DNA of 64,000 bases, from positions 13,393 through 77,392 of the forward strand of contig JAGQSO010000036.1 in the NCBI GenBank assembly GCA_020439505.1. Direction: 5' to 3'. The notes beneath the pieces are model-generated. The model saw only the letters and a program-made list of their open reading frames with translations. It had not been told where the DNA came from and did no database searches. Within the stretch, counting starts at the first letter, position 1. The number at the start of each line of letters is the position of its first letter. Below, piece by piece: positions 49,599 to 58,351 of this stretch. A program made the position numbers and the translations under genes. Source of the DNA: Acidimicrobiales bacterium. Lineage in GTDB: Bacteria > Actinomycetota > Acidimicrobiia > Acidimicrobiales > Iamiaceae.

Positions 49599-50465
49599 AT
49601 GAGCGAATCGCCTACCTGTTTCGACGTCGAACGCATCGGCAAGGTCGCCCACGTGCGCCTCAACCGACCCGATGCCTACAACTCGATGATCAAGGAGTTC
49701 TGGTCCGAGCTGCCCGCGGTGGTGCGCGGCCTCGATGAGGACGGTTCGGTTCGAGCCATCGTCATCTCCTCCACCGGCAAGCACTTCTGCTCGGGCATGG
49801 ACCTGGGGGTGTTCGCCTCAGGTGGCGGTGACGCCCTCGGCGGACCGTCGGCCGACGGGTCACCGGCCGAACCGGGCCGGGTCCGGGCTCGACTTCTCCA
49901 GAGCGTCCGGGTGCTACAGGAGTCGTTCACGGCGCTGGAACGGGTCCGGATGCCGGTGATCGCCGCCATCCAGGGCGGCTGCATCGGAGGGGCGGTCGAC
50001 ATGGTCTCGGCTTGCGACCTGCGCTACGCCAGCGAGGACGCGTTCTTCTGCATCCAGGAGATCAACATCGGCATGACCGCCGACGTTGGCACGCTGCAAC
50101 GCCTCCCCAAGATCATCCCCGAAGGGATCGCCCGGGAATGGGCCTACCGGGGTCACCGGGTTCCAGCGACGAGGGCCGCAGAGGTGGGCCTGGTCAACCA
50201 GGTGTTTCCCGATCACGAGTCACTGGTAGCCGGTGCCCTCGAGATCGCCGCGGAGATCGCCACCAAGAGCCCACTGGCCATCTGGGGCACCAAGGAGATG
50301 ATCAACTTCGCCCGGGATCACTCGGTTGCTGACTCGCTGAACCACATGGCGGCGTGGCAGTCGGGAATGTTCCAGCCCGCCGACATGATCGAGACCTTCA
50401 TGGCCAAAGGCGAAAAGCGCGACCCCAACTTCCCGGACCTCCTCGGAAACAGCCGCGGCCTCTAA
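49599..50465 (+). CDS. Enoyl-CoA hydratase/isomerase (dienoyl-CoA isomerase-like)
   Basis: HFCSGMDL, GGCIGGAVD, ADVGTLQRLP. Confidence 0.9.
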   Translation: MSESPTCFDVERIGKVAHVRLNRPDAYNSMIKEFWSELPAVVRGLDEDGSVRAIVISSTGKHFCSGMDLGVFASGGGDALGGPSADGSPAEPGRVRARLLQSVRVLQESFTALERVRMPVIAAIQGGCIGGAVDMVSACDLRYASEDAFFCIQEINIGMTADVGTLQRLPKIIPEGIAREWAYRGHRVPATRAAEVGLVNQVFPDHESLVAGALEIAAEIATKSPLAIWGTKEMINFARDHSVADSLNHMAAWQSGMFQPADMIETFMAKGEKRDPNFPDLLGNSRGL

Positions 50466-50516
50466 TCCTGGATCCACCGATGAGGTCGCCACATGTGATC
50501 GGGATAAACTAGCTCG

Positions 50517-50750
50517 ATGACTAAGTCCGTTGGGGTGCACGAGGCCAAGACTCACCTGTCCCGGTTGCTGGCCGAGGTCGCCGCCGGCCAAGAGGTGATC
50601 ATCGCCAACCGAGGCGTCGCGGTCGCCCGTCTGATACCGGTCACCAACACCGAGACGCGGACGCTGGGATCAGACAGTGGTGCGTTCGAGGTCCCCGAGG
50701 ACTTCGACGCACCACTCCCCGCCGAAGTCCTCGACGCGTTCGAAGCATGA
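50517..50750 (+). CDS. vapB: Phd/YefM antitoxin
   Basis: VHEAKTHLSRLL...VPEDFDAPLP. Confidence 0.9.
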   Translation: MTKSVGVHEAKTHLSRLLAEVAAGQEVIIANRGVAVARLIPVTNTETRTLGSDSGAFEVPEDFDAPLPAEVLDAFEA

Positions 50751-51154
50751 GGGTCCTGCTCGACACGCACATCTTCCTCTGGTTGCAGACCACCCCGGAA
50801 CGCCTCGGGGACCACCTTGGGCTGGCCGAGGACCCGGCAACAGAACTGCTGGTGTCTGCCGTGTCGTCGTGGGAGATAGCCATCAAGTACGCCCTGGGAA
50901 GGCTTGCTCTGCCCGAACCCCCATCTCGCTACGTCCCTGATCGAATCAGCCGGATCTCAGGCACCCCGATTCCCGTCGAACACCACGACACCCTCGCAGT
51001 TGCCGAACTCCCACCGATCCACCGCGACCCCTTCGACCGACTGCTCGTCGCCCAGGCCCGACATCTCTCGGTGCCGTTGCTGACCGCCGACGCCACCCTG
51101 GCCGCCTACCCAGTCGAAACGCTGCTCGTCGGCGATCACGGGCCCCGTAGCTGA
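50747..51154 (+). CDS. vapC: PIN-domain toxin
   Basis: LLDTH, SSWEIAIK, HRDPFDRLLVAQA, TAD. Confidence 0.93.
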   Translation: MRVLLDTHIFLWLQTTPERLGDHLGLAEDPATELLVSAVSSWEIAIKYALGRLALPEPPSRYVPDRISRISGTPIPVEHHDTLAVAELPPIHRDPFDRLLVAQARHLSVPLLTADATLAAYPVETLLVGDHGPRS

Positions 51155-51216
51155 AGTCATCCGCCCGCTACCTTCCAGCCACCGCCAAAACACCGCCTTT
51201 ACCGTGCGGCGTCTGG

Positions 51217-52392
51217 CTAGCGCCGAGGGGCCACCGCTGCTTCTATGACCGCGGCGGTGGCTAGTAGGCGGGGTTCGTGGTGGTCGGGGGCCACCAGTTG
51301 AAGGCCGGCCGGCAGCAGGCCCCCGCTGGGAACAGGCACGGTCAGGGCTGGGTGACCGGCTAGGTTCACCGCCGCCGCCGCTGGGTTCGGCCCGACGCCG
51401 TGTTCGCCCAGCCGGGCCGGGTAGGCGGTCATGGCCGGGAGGACCAGCACCCCGAAGGTCCCGAAGACCTCGGCCAACTCGGCCCTCCAGGGGGCCCTCA
51501 TCGCCCGGGCGTCGGCCAGTTCGGTCGGGCCGATGGTTTGGGCGAAGGTGAAGCGTTCCACCAGATCGGCACCAAGTTGGTGTCGGTGGTGGCGCCAGAT
51601 GTCGTCGTTGACCATCAAGGCTTCACCGAAGAGGACGTCCAGCGCGGCACGGTGAGCGGCCTCCCACCCCACCGAGATGAGGCCGGTCACGTCGGTGACC
51701 GTCATCCCCGCGGCGATGAGAGCTGAGTCGATGGCAGCGTCGATGGTGGGATCGGTACCGGGTAGCCGCAACCGAGCCACCGAGTGGACGGCGGTCACCT
51801 CTCCGTCGGTGAGCCGGTGGTCGAGCATCGTTGCTCCCACCGCCACGTCGTGGACCGAGCGACCCAACACCCCGATGGTGTCGAGCGACGGGGCCAAGGG
51901 GCGGGTGCCCACCACCGACACCACCCCGAAGGTCGGTTTCAGCCCGACCACCCCGCAGGAGGCTGCCGGGGTCCGGACCGAGCCGGCCGTATCGGTGCCA
52001 AGGGCTACATCGGCCTCATCGATGGCGACGACCACGGCCGACCCGCTGGAAGAACCTCCCGGTACCCGCCGGGAGTCGAGCGGATTGGGAGGTGTGCCGT
52101 AGTGAGGGTTCACCCCGCTGGAGCCGAAGCACAACTCGTGCAGGTTGACCTTGCCCACCAGTCGGGCGCCGGCGGCTCGAAAGCCGGCCAGACATTCCGC
52201 GTCGGCCAGGGCCGGCTCGGCCCCGGCGGCCACCGCCGGTGACCCAGCCGTGGTCACCTCCCCAGCCACGTCGATGCAGTCCTTGACCGCCAGCCTGATG
52301 CCGTCCGGTAGAGCGTGGGGGTCCCGGTCAGGGTCCAAACGGGTGATGAAGGTCGGGTCTCGTTCGAACTCACGGGAGGTCACGACAGGCAT
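51217..52392 (-). CDS. Amidase-signature family protein
   Basis: AVKD, PGGSSSGS, GTDTAGSVR. Confidence 0.9.
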   Translation of the reverse strand: MPVVTSREFERDPTFITRLDPDRDPHALPDGIRLAVKDCIDVAGEVTTAGSPAVAAGAEPALADAECLAGFRAAGARLVGKVNLHELCFGSSGVNPHYGTPPNPLDSRRVPGGSSSGSAVVVAIDEADVALGTDTAGSVRTPAASCGVVGLKPTFGVVSVVGTRPLAPSLDTIGVLGRSVHDVAVGATMLDHRLTDGEVTAVHSVARLRLPGTDPTIDAAIDSALIAAGMTVTDVTGLISVGWEAAHRAALDVLFGEALMVNDDIWRHHRHQLGADLVERFTFAQTIGPTELADARAMRAPWRAELAEVFGTFGVLVLPAMTAYPARLGEHGVGPNPAAAAVNLAGHPALTVPVPSGGLLPAGLQLVAPDHHEPRLLATAAVIEAAVAPRR

Positions 52393-52424
52393 TGTGGCGG
52401 GTGCCAAGCCGATATGGTCCGCTG

Positions 52425-53159
52425 ATGATCGTCTTCGTCCATGGGGTACCTGAGACAGCCAGCTACTGGGACCGCCTCAGGGCCGAGATCGCGGAGCCGT
52501 CGATCGCGTTGAGCCTGCCGGGCTTCGGGTGCGCGAGACCCGAGGGATTCACGGCCACCAAGGACGCCTACGTCGACTGGCTGGTCGATCAGTTGACCGA
52601 CATCGACGAACCGGTCGATCTGGTCGGCCACGACTGGGGGGCAGGATTCACCTACCGGCTGGTGACTACGCGGCCCGAATTGGTGCGGTCCTGGGCCGCC
52701 GACGTCGCCACCATCGTTCACCCCGACCAGCGCTGGCACGAGTTCGCCCGGGTGTGGCAGACGCCTGGTGACGGTGAGGCGTTCATCGAGGCACAACTCG
52801 CCACTCCCCCAGAGGATCAAGCCCCGACGTTCGAGGAAATGGGCATGAGCCGGGAGGCGGCGTTGGCCACCGTGTCGGCCATGGACGCCACCATGGGGGC
52901 CTGCATCCTCGACCTGTACCGCTCGGCGGTGCCCAACACCTACGCCTCGTGGGGAACGGAGATGGGCCCGACCGGCCGGCCGGGACTGGTGATCGATGCG
53001 ACGGCCGACAGCTTCTCCAACACCGCCAAGTCAGCCGAGGTCGCCGAGATGCTCGGCGCCGAGGTGGGCACGTTGGAAGGCCGACGACATTTCTGGGCCG
53101 TCGAGGATCCGACGGGCGCCGCTGCCCTGCTGACCGACTTCTGGTCCCGAAACCGCTGA
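52425..53159 (+). CDS. Alpha/beta hydrolase (epoxide hydrolase-like)
   Basis: VHGVPE, GHDWGA, HFW. Confidence 0.85.
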   Translation: MIVFVHGVPETASYWDRLRAEIAEPSIALSLPGFGCARPEGFTATKDAYVDWLVDQLTDIDEPVDLVGHDWGAGFTYRLVTTRPELVRSWAADVATIVHPDQRWHEFARVWQTPGDGEAFIEAQLATPPEDQAPTFEEMGMSREAALATVSAMDATMGACILDLYRSAVPNTYASWGTEMGPTGRPGLVIDATADSFSNTAKSAEVAEMLGAEVGTLEGRRHFWAVEDPTGAAALLTDFWSRNR

Positions 53160-53196
53160 CGCGGACCTAGATGGCGCGCTGGCCGGGACCCAATGA

Positions 53197-53841
53197 TCAG
53201 GCGGTCGGCGGGCCCTCTTCCAACAACGCCAACAGGAGCGACGTCACCGCGGCGTAGAGCGGTTGAGCCATCGGGTCAGCGCTCAGGGCAGCGTCGGGAC
53301 CTTGACCGATCACCGGGCCGCCGGGGGTGAGCAGCGTGAAGCGGGACTCCCCGGGGTCCAGGGTCGGCAATTCTGGTCCCGCCCACGGTCCGAGGTCATC
53401 GGCCAACTCTTGACCAACGGCCAGCAGGGCCGATGCCCCCAGCACCAGGTCGTAGCGAGCGCTGTCGACGACCAGCGCCGAACCACCGTGGTTGAGGTAG
53501 CGGATGGACCCATCGGCGTATGTGGCCAACACGTCGTGGGCGCCACCGATCGCCAACTCCGCCACTACGCCCAACACGGTGCAAGCAATCGACTCGTCGG
53601 GTTGGATGCCGTTGGCCCGCAGGAACGTCCAGGCCTGAAGCCGGTGGCGAGGCTCGAACATGTCGAACATCGAGATCCGGCCCCAATCCCGGATGGCCAG
53701 ATCCAGGTCTCCGTTGGCCAGGTGACGGCGAGCCCGAACAAAGGTGCTCCAGGGCTCGGCGGTGGCGTCATCGCCGGCCGGCCAGCCATCGATGGGGACG
53801 TTGCCGAACAGAAGCGGACGGAGCTCGTCGGCCGCGGTCAC
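53197..53841 (-). CDS. Hypothetical protein
   Basis: Coupled to the upstream SDR; DVLATYADGSIRYLNH. Confidence 0.7.
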   Translation of the reverse strand: MTAADELRPLLFGNVPIDGWPAGDDATAEPWSTFVRARRHLANGDLDLAIRDWGRISMFDMFEPRHRLQAWTFLRANGIQPDESIACTVLGVVAELAIGGAHDVLATYADGSIRYLNHGGSALVVDSARYDLVLGASALLAVGQELADDLGPWAGPELPTLDPGESRFTLLTPGGPVIGQGPDAALSADPMAQPLYAAVTSLLLALLEEGPPTA

Positions 53842-54641
53842 GTCGGTCCACGACCGTCGGTGAAGGCCCGCAGCAGGGCATCGGACTGGAGACTCGGTAG
53901 CACTGACCCTCCGTCTACCACGATCGTCTGGCCGGTGATGTAGGCAGCATCCTCACTGGCCAAGAAGGCGATGACGCGAGCCACCTCCTCGGCGGTGCCG
54001 ACGCGCCCCATAGGGGTGCCCGACTCGGCTGCCGCCCGCCAGCGCGGGTTGTCGATCACCGGGGCGGTGAGCGGAGTGTCGATCATCCCCGGGGCCACGG
54101 CATTGACCCGCACCAGCGGAGCCAGCTCGAGCGCCGCGGTCTGGGTCAGGTTGATGACCCCGGCCTTGGCCGCCGAGTAGGGGCCTTCTCCCCTGGTGGG
54201 TCGCAGACCGGTGAGCGACGTGTTGTTGACTATGGCCCCGCCACCGCTCTCGCCGATGACGGGAGCGGCGGCGCGGATCATGTTGAAGGTGCCGGTGAGG
54301 TTGACGCCGATCAGCAGGGACCACTCCTTGTCGGTGTAGTCCACCAGCGTCTTGGCCATTCCGACGCCCGCGTTGTTCACCACGATGGTGAGCCCACCCA
54401 TGGCCAGGGCCGAGTCAGTCACCGCTCGGTGAACGGCCTCGCTGTCTCCGACATCGGCGGCCACCGCTCGACCGCCGACGGCGGCAGCCACCCGACCGGC
54501 GGCATCCTCGTCACGGTCCAACACCGTCACCACTGCCCCTTCGGCCGCCAGCAGGTGACAGGTCGCTTCGCCGATCCCCGACCCGCCACCGGTTACCAGG
54601 GCCCGCGCCCGGAAGAACCGCAGGATGCTCTGGCCCGTCAC
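53838..54641 (-). CDS. SDR oxidoreductase
   Basis: TGGGSGIG, NNAG, YSAAK, VDGG. Confidence 0.9.
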   Translation of the reverse strand: MTGQSILRFFRARALVTGGGSGIGEATCHLLAAEGAVVTVLDRDEDAAGRVAAAVGGRAVAADVGDSEAVHRAVTDSALAMGGLTIVVNNAGVGMAKTLVDYTDKEWSLLIGVNLTGTFNMIRAAAPVIGESGGGAIVNNTSLTGLRPTRGEGPYSAAKAGVINLTQTAALELAPLVRVNAVAPGMIDTPLTAPVIDNPRWRAAAESGTPMGRVGTAEEVARVIAFLASEDAAYITGQTIVVDGGSVLPSLQSDALLRAFTDGRGPT

Positions 54642-55126
54642 CGCGACCGCTCTCGGGGTTCGCGGCCACCCTCCGGGGAGAGTTCATCTAGAGGGGTGAC
54701 TGGCTCGTCGAGGGTCATCTCTACGTCGGAGGTGAGCGCATCGTCACCGATCACCACCACGCGATCGGCGGTGAACACCACCTTGGTGGAAGCCGGGTCG
54801 AGGAAGGCCTCCTCATCGGCCCGCATGGCCGCCGCCGCCGGGTCCGACAAGAGGCCGACGAAGTCACTCCAGGACCTGAACTGCTGCACCGCTACGCCGT
54901 CCCATCCGGAGCGGTCCCCGGGCCGGGCCGCCATCTGCTCGTAGCGTTCTATGTGTCGAGCCAAGCCCGGTGTGTCGCGGATCAGGGGGCCGTGTCGGTC
55001 GCGCCAATGTTCGAGGAACTCCTCCCGGGTGGTCCCCTCCCGGCGCTTCACGAAGGCGATCAGGCGAACCGGCCCATCGCCTAGACCTTCGCCTTCGACT
55101 GGCGCTGGACCGTCGGGGCCAACCAT
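54638..55126 (-). CDS. EthD-domain protein
   Basis: KRREGTTREEFLEHWRDRHGPL...DG...DEEAFLD. Confidence 0.82.
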   Translation of the reverse strand: MVGPDGPAPVEGEGLGDGPVRLIAFVKRREGTTREEFLEHWRDRHGPLIRDTPGLARHIERYEQMAARPGDRSGWDGVAVQQFRSWSDFVGLLSDPAAAAMRADEEAFLDPASTKVVFTADRVVVIGDDALTSDVEMTLDEPVTPLDELSPEGGREPRERSR

Positions 55127-55908
55127 CAGCCGTTGAACCAGTGACCGGCGTTGACGCCGATCATCTGACCGGTGACCGGCCGGGCCAGCGGCGACGCGAA
55201 GTAGACGACGGTTCCGGCGATCTCCTCGGAATGGGGCAGATACCCCAGGCAGGTCTCCGCCGCGACCTCGTCGTACACATCTTGGAAGGTCACCCCCCGC
55301 TTGTCGGCCAGATGGTTGAAGTACCACTCCACCGATTCCCCGTAGATGTAGCCGGGATGGACACCGTTGACCCGGATCCCCTTGGCCCCCAGCTCTCGGG
55401 CCAGCGTCTTGGTGATGGCCGCCAACGCCCCCTTGGATGCCACATAGGCGCCCCATCGTCGCTCGATGCGTTGCACCGACATGGTGTTGATCATCACCAC
55501 CCGCCCGTCGCCCGATGCCTCGAGGTGGGGAACACAGGCCCGGGTCAGATACAGCGACCCGAACAGGTTGACCTCCATGGTGGTGTGCCAGTCGGCGAAG
55601 TCCGCCTCCATGAAGGGCTTGGCGTCACCTCCGTGGTAGGCGTTGTTGACCAACACGTCGATGCCCCCCAACCCGTCTGCCACCGCTGCGGCTGCGGCGA
55701 CGCAGGCCCCTTCGTCGGCGATGTCACAGACCACGGGCAGCGCCCGCCGCCCCAATGCTTCGACTTCCTCGGCCACCGACCGCAGACGCGCCTCGGTCCG
55801 GCCCAACAGCGCGACGTCAGCACCTTCCCGGGCGAAGGCGAGGGCGATGTCTCGACCCATGCCCGGCCCGATGCCCGACACCAGCCCGACCTTTCCTTCC
55901 AACAGCAC
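55126..55908 (-). CDS. SDR oxidoreductase
   Basis: SGIGPGMG, NNA, YVASK. Confidence 0.88.
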   Translation of the reverse strand: MLLEGKVGLVSGIGPGMGRDIALAFAREGADVALLGRTEARLRSVAEEVEALGRRALPVVCDIADEGACVAAAAAVADGLGGIDVLVNNAYHGGDAKPFMEADFADWHTTMEVNLFGSLYLTRACVPHLEASGDGRVVMINTMSVQRIERRWGAYVASKGALAAITKTLARELGAKGIRVNGVHPGYIYGESVEWYFNHLADKRGVTFQDVYDEVAAETCLGYLPHSEEIAGTVVYFASPLARPVTGQMIGVNAGHWFNG

Positions 55909-56102
55909 GAGATCATCTCCCTTGGAGGTCTTGTTAACCGATCCGGCCGTCAGGTTGGCCAGGAAGGTTCAGGGTGAGGCTATGCCTCGATCTTTCGGTG
56001 GGTGCTCATGTGCCAGCTCCGACAGGCGCGCCGTCCTCGTCGCAGCCCGTCCCCATGTGATCCATATCGACCGAGAGCTGCATCGGACCCAACGATGGTG
56101 GG

Positions 56103-57068
56103 TCAACCTTCGAGGAGGGGAAGAACGCCGGTACCGAACAGCTCGATCTGTTCGACGAGTTCCTCGACGGACCGGGACCGCAGCCGGATCTGAACCTGGT
56201 CGACCCCCATTGCCGCGAACTTGCCCAGAACGTGAGCGATCTTCTCGGGTGGACCGCTCAGTACCGGTCCACCGGTATCCCAATCCAGGGTGCCCACGAA
56301 GGTTGGGCCAACCAGCGCGCCGACGGTGAACGGCTCGTGGCGCCCGGCCGCCGTTCGCAGGTCGGTCAGGCGGCCGATGATCTCGGGGTCGACGGGCCCT
56401 TGAGGCAACCAGCCGTCCCCCCGCTCGGCCGCCCGCCGGAGAGCGGCGGGTGAGGAGCCCCCGATCCAGATGGGCGGTCCATCCTCTTGAACCGGGCGCG
56501 GGTGCTGGCCCATGTCGGCGGCGGGCCAGCGGGGTCCGGGCAGCGTCGGGTAGTCCTCGGCGAAGGCGGCCCGCAGCGCGTCGATCGACTCGTCGAGCAG
56601 TCGGCCTCGCTGTTCGAAGGGAAGGCCGAGCATGTCGAACTCTTCTCGGACGTGCCCCGCACCCACACCCAAGATGACCCGGCCGCCCGACACCACGTCG
56701 AGGGTGGAGAAGGCTTTGGCCACCTGGAGAGGGTGGCGGTAGGCGGGGACGTAGATGTGGCTGAGGAGCCGGACCTGCTCGGTGATCCCGGCCAGCCAGC
56801 CCAGGGTGGCCACGGTGTCCCACCACTCGGTGCCCATCACCGGCGCCTTCTCCGAGGGGATGGCGGTGTGGTCGCAAACCGCGATGTAGGCGAACCCTGC
56901 CGAGTCGGCGGCACGCGCCACCCGGGCCAACTCGGCCGCTCCGGCATCGGCCTCCCACGCCTCGGCGAAGTTGGTCGACTTGGACTGGATGGGCAACTGC
57001 ATGCCCACCGCCAGGGTTCCCGAAAGGCTCATCGCTGCCATGGGCTTTCTCTCCGAAGAGGTCGTCAC
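56103..57068 (-). CDS. LLM-class F420-dependent oxidoreductase
   Basis: VCDH, AKAFSTLD..SGGR, GVGAGH, PRPVQ..PPIWIGG. Confidence 0.88.
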   Translation of the reverse strand: MTTSSERKPMAAMSLSGTLAVGMQLPIQSKSTNFAEAWEADAGAAELARVARAADSAGFAYIAVCDHTAIPSEKAPVMGTEWWDTVATLGWLAGITEQVRLLSHIYVPAYRHPLQVAKAFSTLDVVSGGRVILGVGAGHVREEFDMLGLPFEQRGRLLDESIDALRAAFAEDYPTLPGPRWPAADMGQHPRPVQEDGPPIWIGGSSPAALRRAAERGDGWLPQGPVDPEIIGRLTDLRTAAGRHEPFTVGALVGPTFVGTLDWDTGGPVLSGPPEKIAHVLGKFAAMGVDQVQIRLRSRSVEELVEQIELFGTGVLPLLEG

Positions 57069-57098
57069 CGGTGTGAGGATCCGGAGCGTAGGCCGTCT

Positions 57099-57782
57099 TC
57101 AGGTGGGTGGCTTGGTGCCGGTGATCGACCAGTAGACGATGCGGGCCATGACGGTGCGGAGGTCCGGGGCCTGTACCCCCCAGAACTCGAAGCCAACTCG
57201 GTAGGCCGCCACGTGGACCAACATGGCCACCAGCACGCCGGCGATGGCATCGGGAGCGACGTCGGGCTGGCCCTTGCCGTTGGCCTGATGGTCCTTGGCG
57301 GCGGCGGACAGGGAGTTGTTGAGGTCTCGCAGCAACCGGGTGCGCACGGTGGCGAAGCGATCGTCGCCCTCGTCGGTGGCCAGGTTGACCACCCGGAGGA
57401 CCGGCTGGTTCTCATCCCAGAAGGTGAGGACGGCGTCGGCTAGGGCCTCGGCCGCCTCGTAACCGACGCGGCCCTTCCACGTGTTGTCGGCCATGACGGC
57501 CGCGAATCGCTCCACGCCGGCGTCGACCATTTCGTCAGCCAGAACCAGGATCGCCGACTCCACGTCGGGGAAGTACTGGTAGAAGGTGGCGGGCGACGTC
57601 CCGGCTTCTCGGGCGATGTCGACCACCTTGAGATCCCGGTAGGAGCTGGAGCGCAGCATCTCGGTGGTGCACTCCAAGAGGCGCTGGCGAGTGGCCAGGC
57701 CTCGACGTCCGGGGACGCGCCCGTCAGCAGCGCGGGGCTCGACGTCGTCGTCGGGCAAAGTTGACGGGGCGTCAGATGTCAC
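57099..57782 (-). CDS. TetR-family regulator; candidate cognate repressor of the CTGACG box
   Basis: HTH LKVVDIAREAGTSPATFYQYFPD; operators overlap its own start. Confidence 0.9.
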   Translation of the reverse strand: MTSDAPSTLPDDDVEPRAADGRVPGRRGLATRQRLLECTTEMLRSSSYRDLKVVDIAREAGTSPATFYQYFPDVESAILVLADEMVDAGVERFAAVMADNTWKGRVGYEAAEALADAVLTFWDENQPVLRVVNLATDEGDDRFATVRTRLLRDLNNSLSAAAKDHQANGKGQPDVAPDAIAGVLVAMLVHVAAYRVGFEFWGVQAPDLRTVMARIVYWSITGTKPPT

Positions 57783-57792
57783 GGGGCGTCAG
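57761..57792. promoter_or_regulatory. Tandem operators over the TetR start
   Basis: TTGACGgggCGTCAG (57761-75) and GTCACGgggCGTCAG (57778-92); -10-like TATCCT on the minus strand. Confidence 0.78.
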
Positions 57793-57826
57793 GATAGGAG
57801 GCGGATCGGTCCGGTACCGCCATCGC

Positions 57827-58351
57827 CTACTCGGCGGCCTTGGCCGGCGGCCGATAGCAGGCGGCCAACAGTCCGACCGCGCCGGCAACGCCAACCCCGA
57901 TGGCGATGCCGAAGGCGGTGTAGGGCTTGAAGGCGAACGAGAGCTCGAGGGCGTGGTCGATCGAATGACTTCCAGGGCTGGTGGCAGCCACGTAGGCGGC
58001 GAACACCGCCAACACCGAGTTGTACTCCCAGCCGTCGATGCCGCTGCGATACCCGTTGGCCCGGTGAACGGTCCATGCCGCCACGATCATCAGGCTCACA
58101 TAGCCAGCCGCGGCCAACGGGGTGAGAAAGCCGACGGCCATCAGCACCCCGCAACCCAGTTCGGTGGAAGCGGCCAGGTAGGCGTGGACCTTGCCGTTGG
58201 GCTTCATGCCCATGGAGTCGAACCAGCCCGCGGTACCGGCGATCTTGCCTCCCTTGAAGAACTTCCAGTAGCCGTGGAAGGCCAGGGTGAAGCCCAAGAA
58301 GATGCGGACCAACAACATGATGTTGTCCATCTGGTCGGCGTAGTCGGTCAC
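57827..58351 (-). CDS. DoxX-family membrane protein
   Basis: RIFLG..AFHG.KF, TAGWFDSMG, GWEY. Confidence 0.88.
   Translation of the reverse strand: MTDYADQMDNIMLLVRIFLGFTLAFHGYWKFFKGGKIAGTAGWFDSMGMKPNGKVHAYLAASTELGCGVLMAVGFLTPLAAAGYVSLMIVAAWTVHRANGYRSGIDGWEYNSVLAVFAAYVAATSPGSHSIDHALELSFAFKPYTAFGIAIGVGVAGAVGLLAACYRPPAKAAE

Noticed and set aside
50517-51154. VapBC as a marker of a mobile or defence island
   Set aside because: Solitary ordinary TA pair with no integrase, transposase or flanking repeats seen
55939-55953. Additional operator upstream of the SDR at 55908
   Set aside because: Only the CGTCAG half-site is present; the other half does not match at N3 spacing
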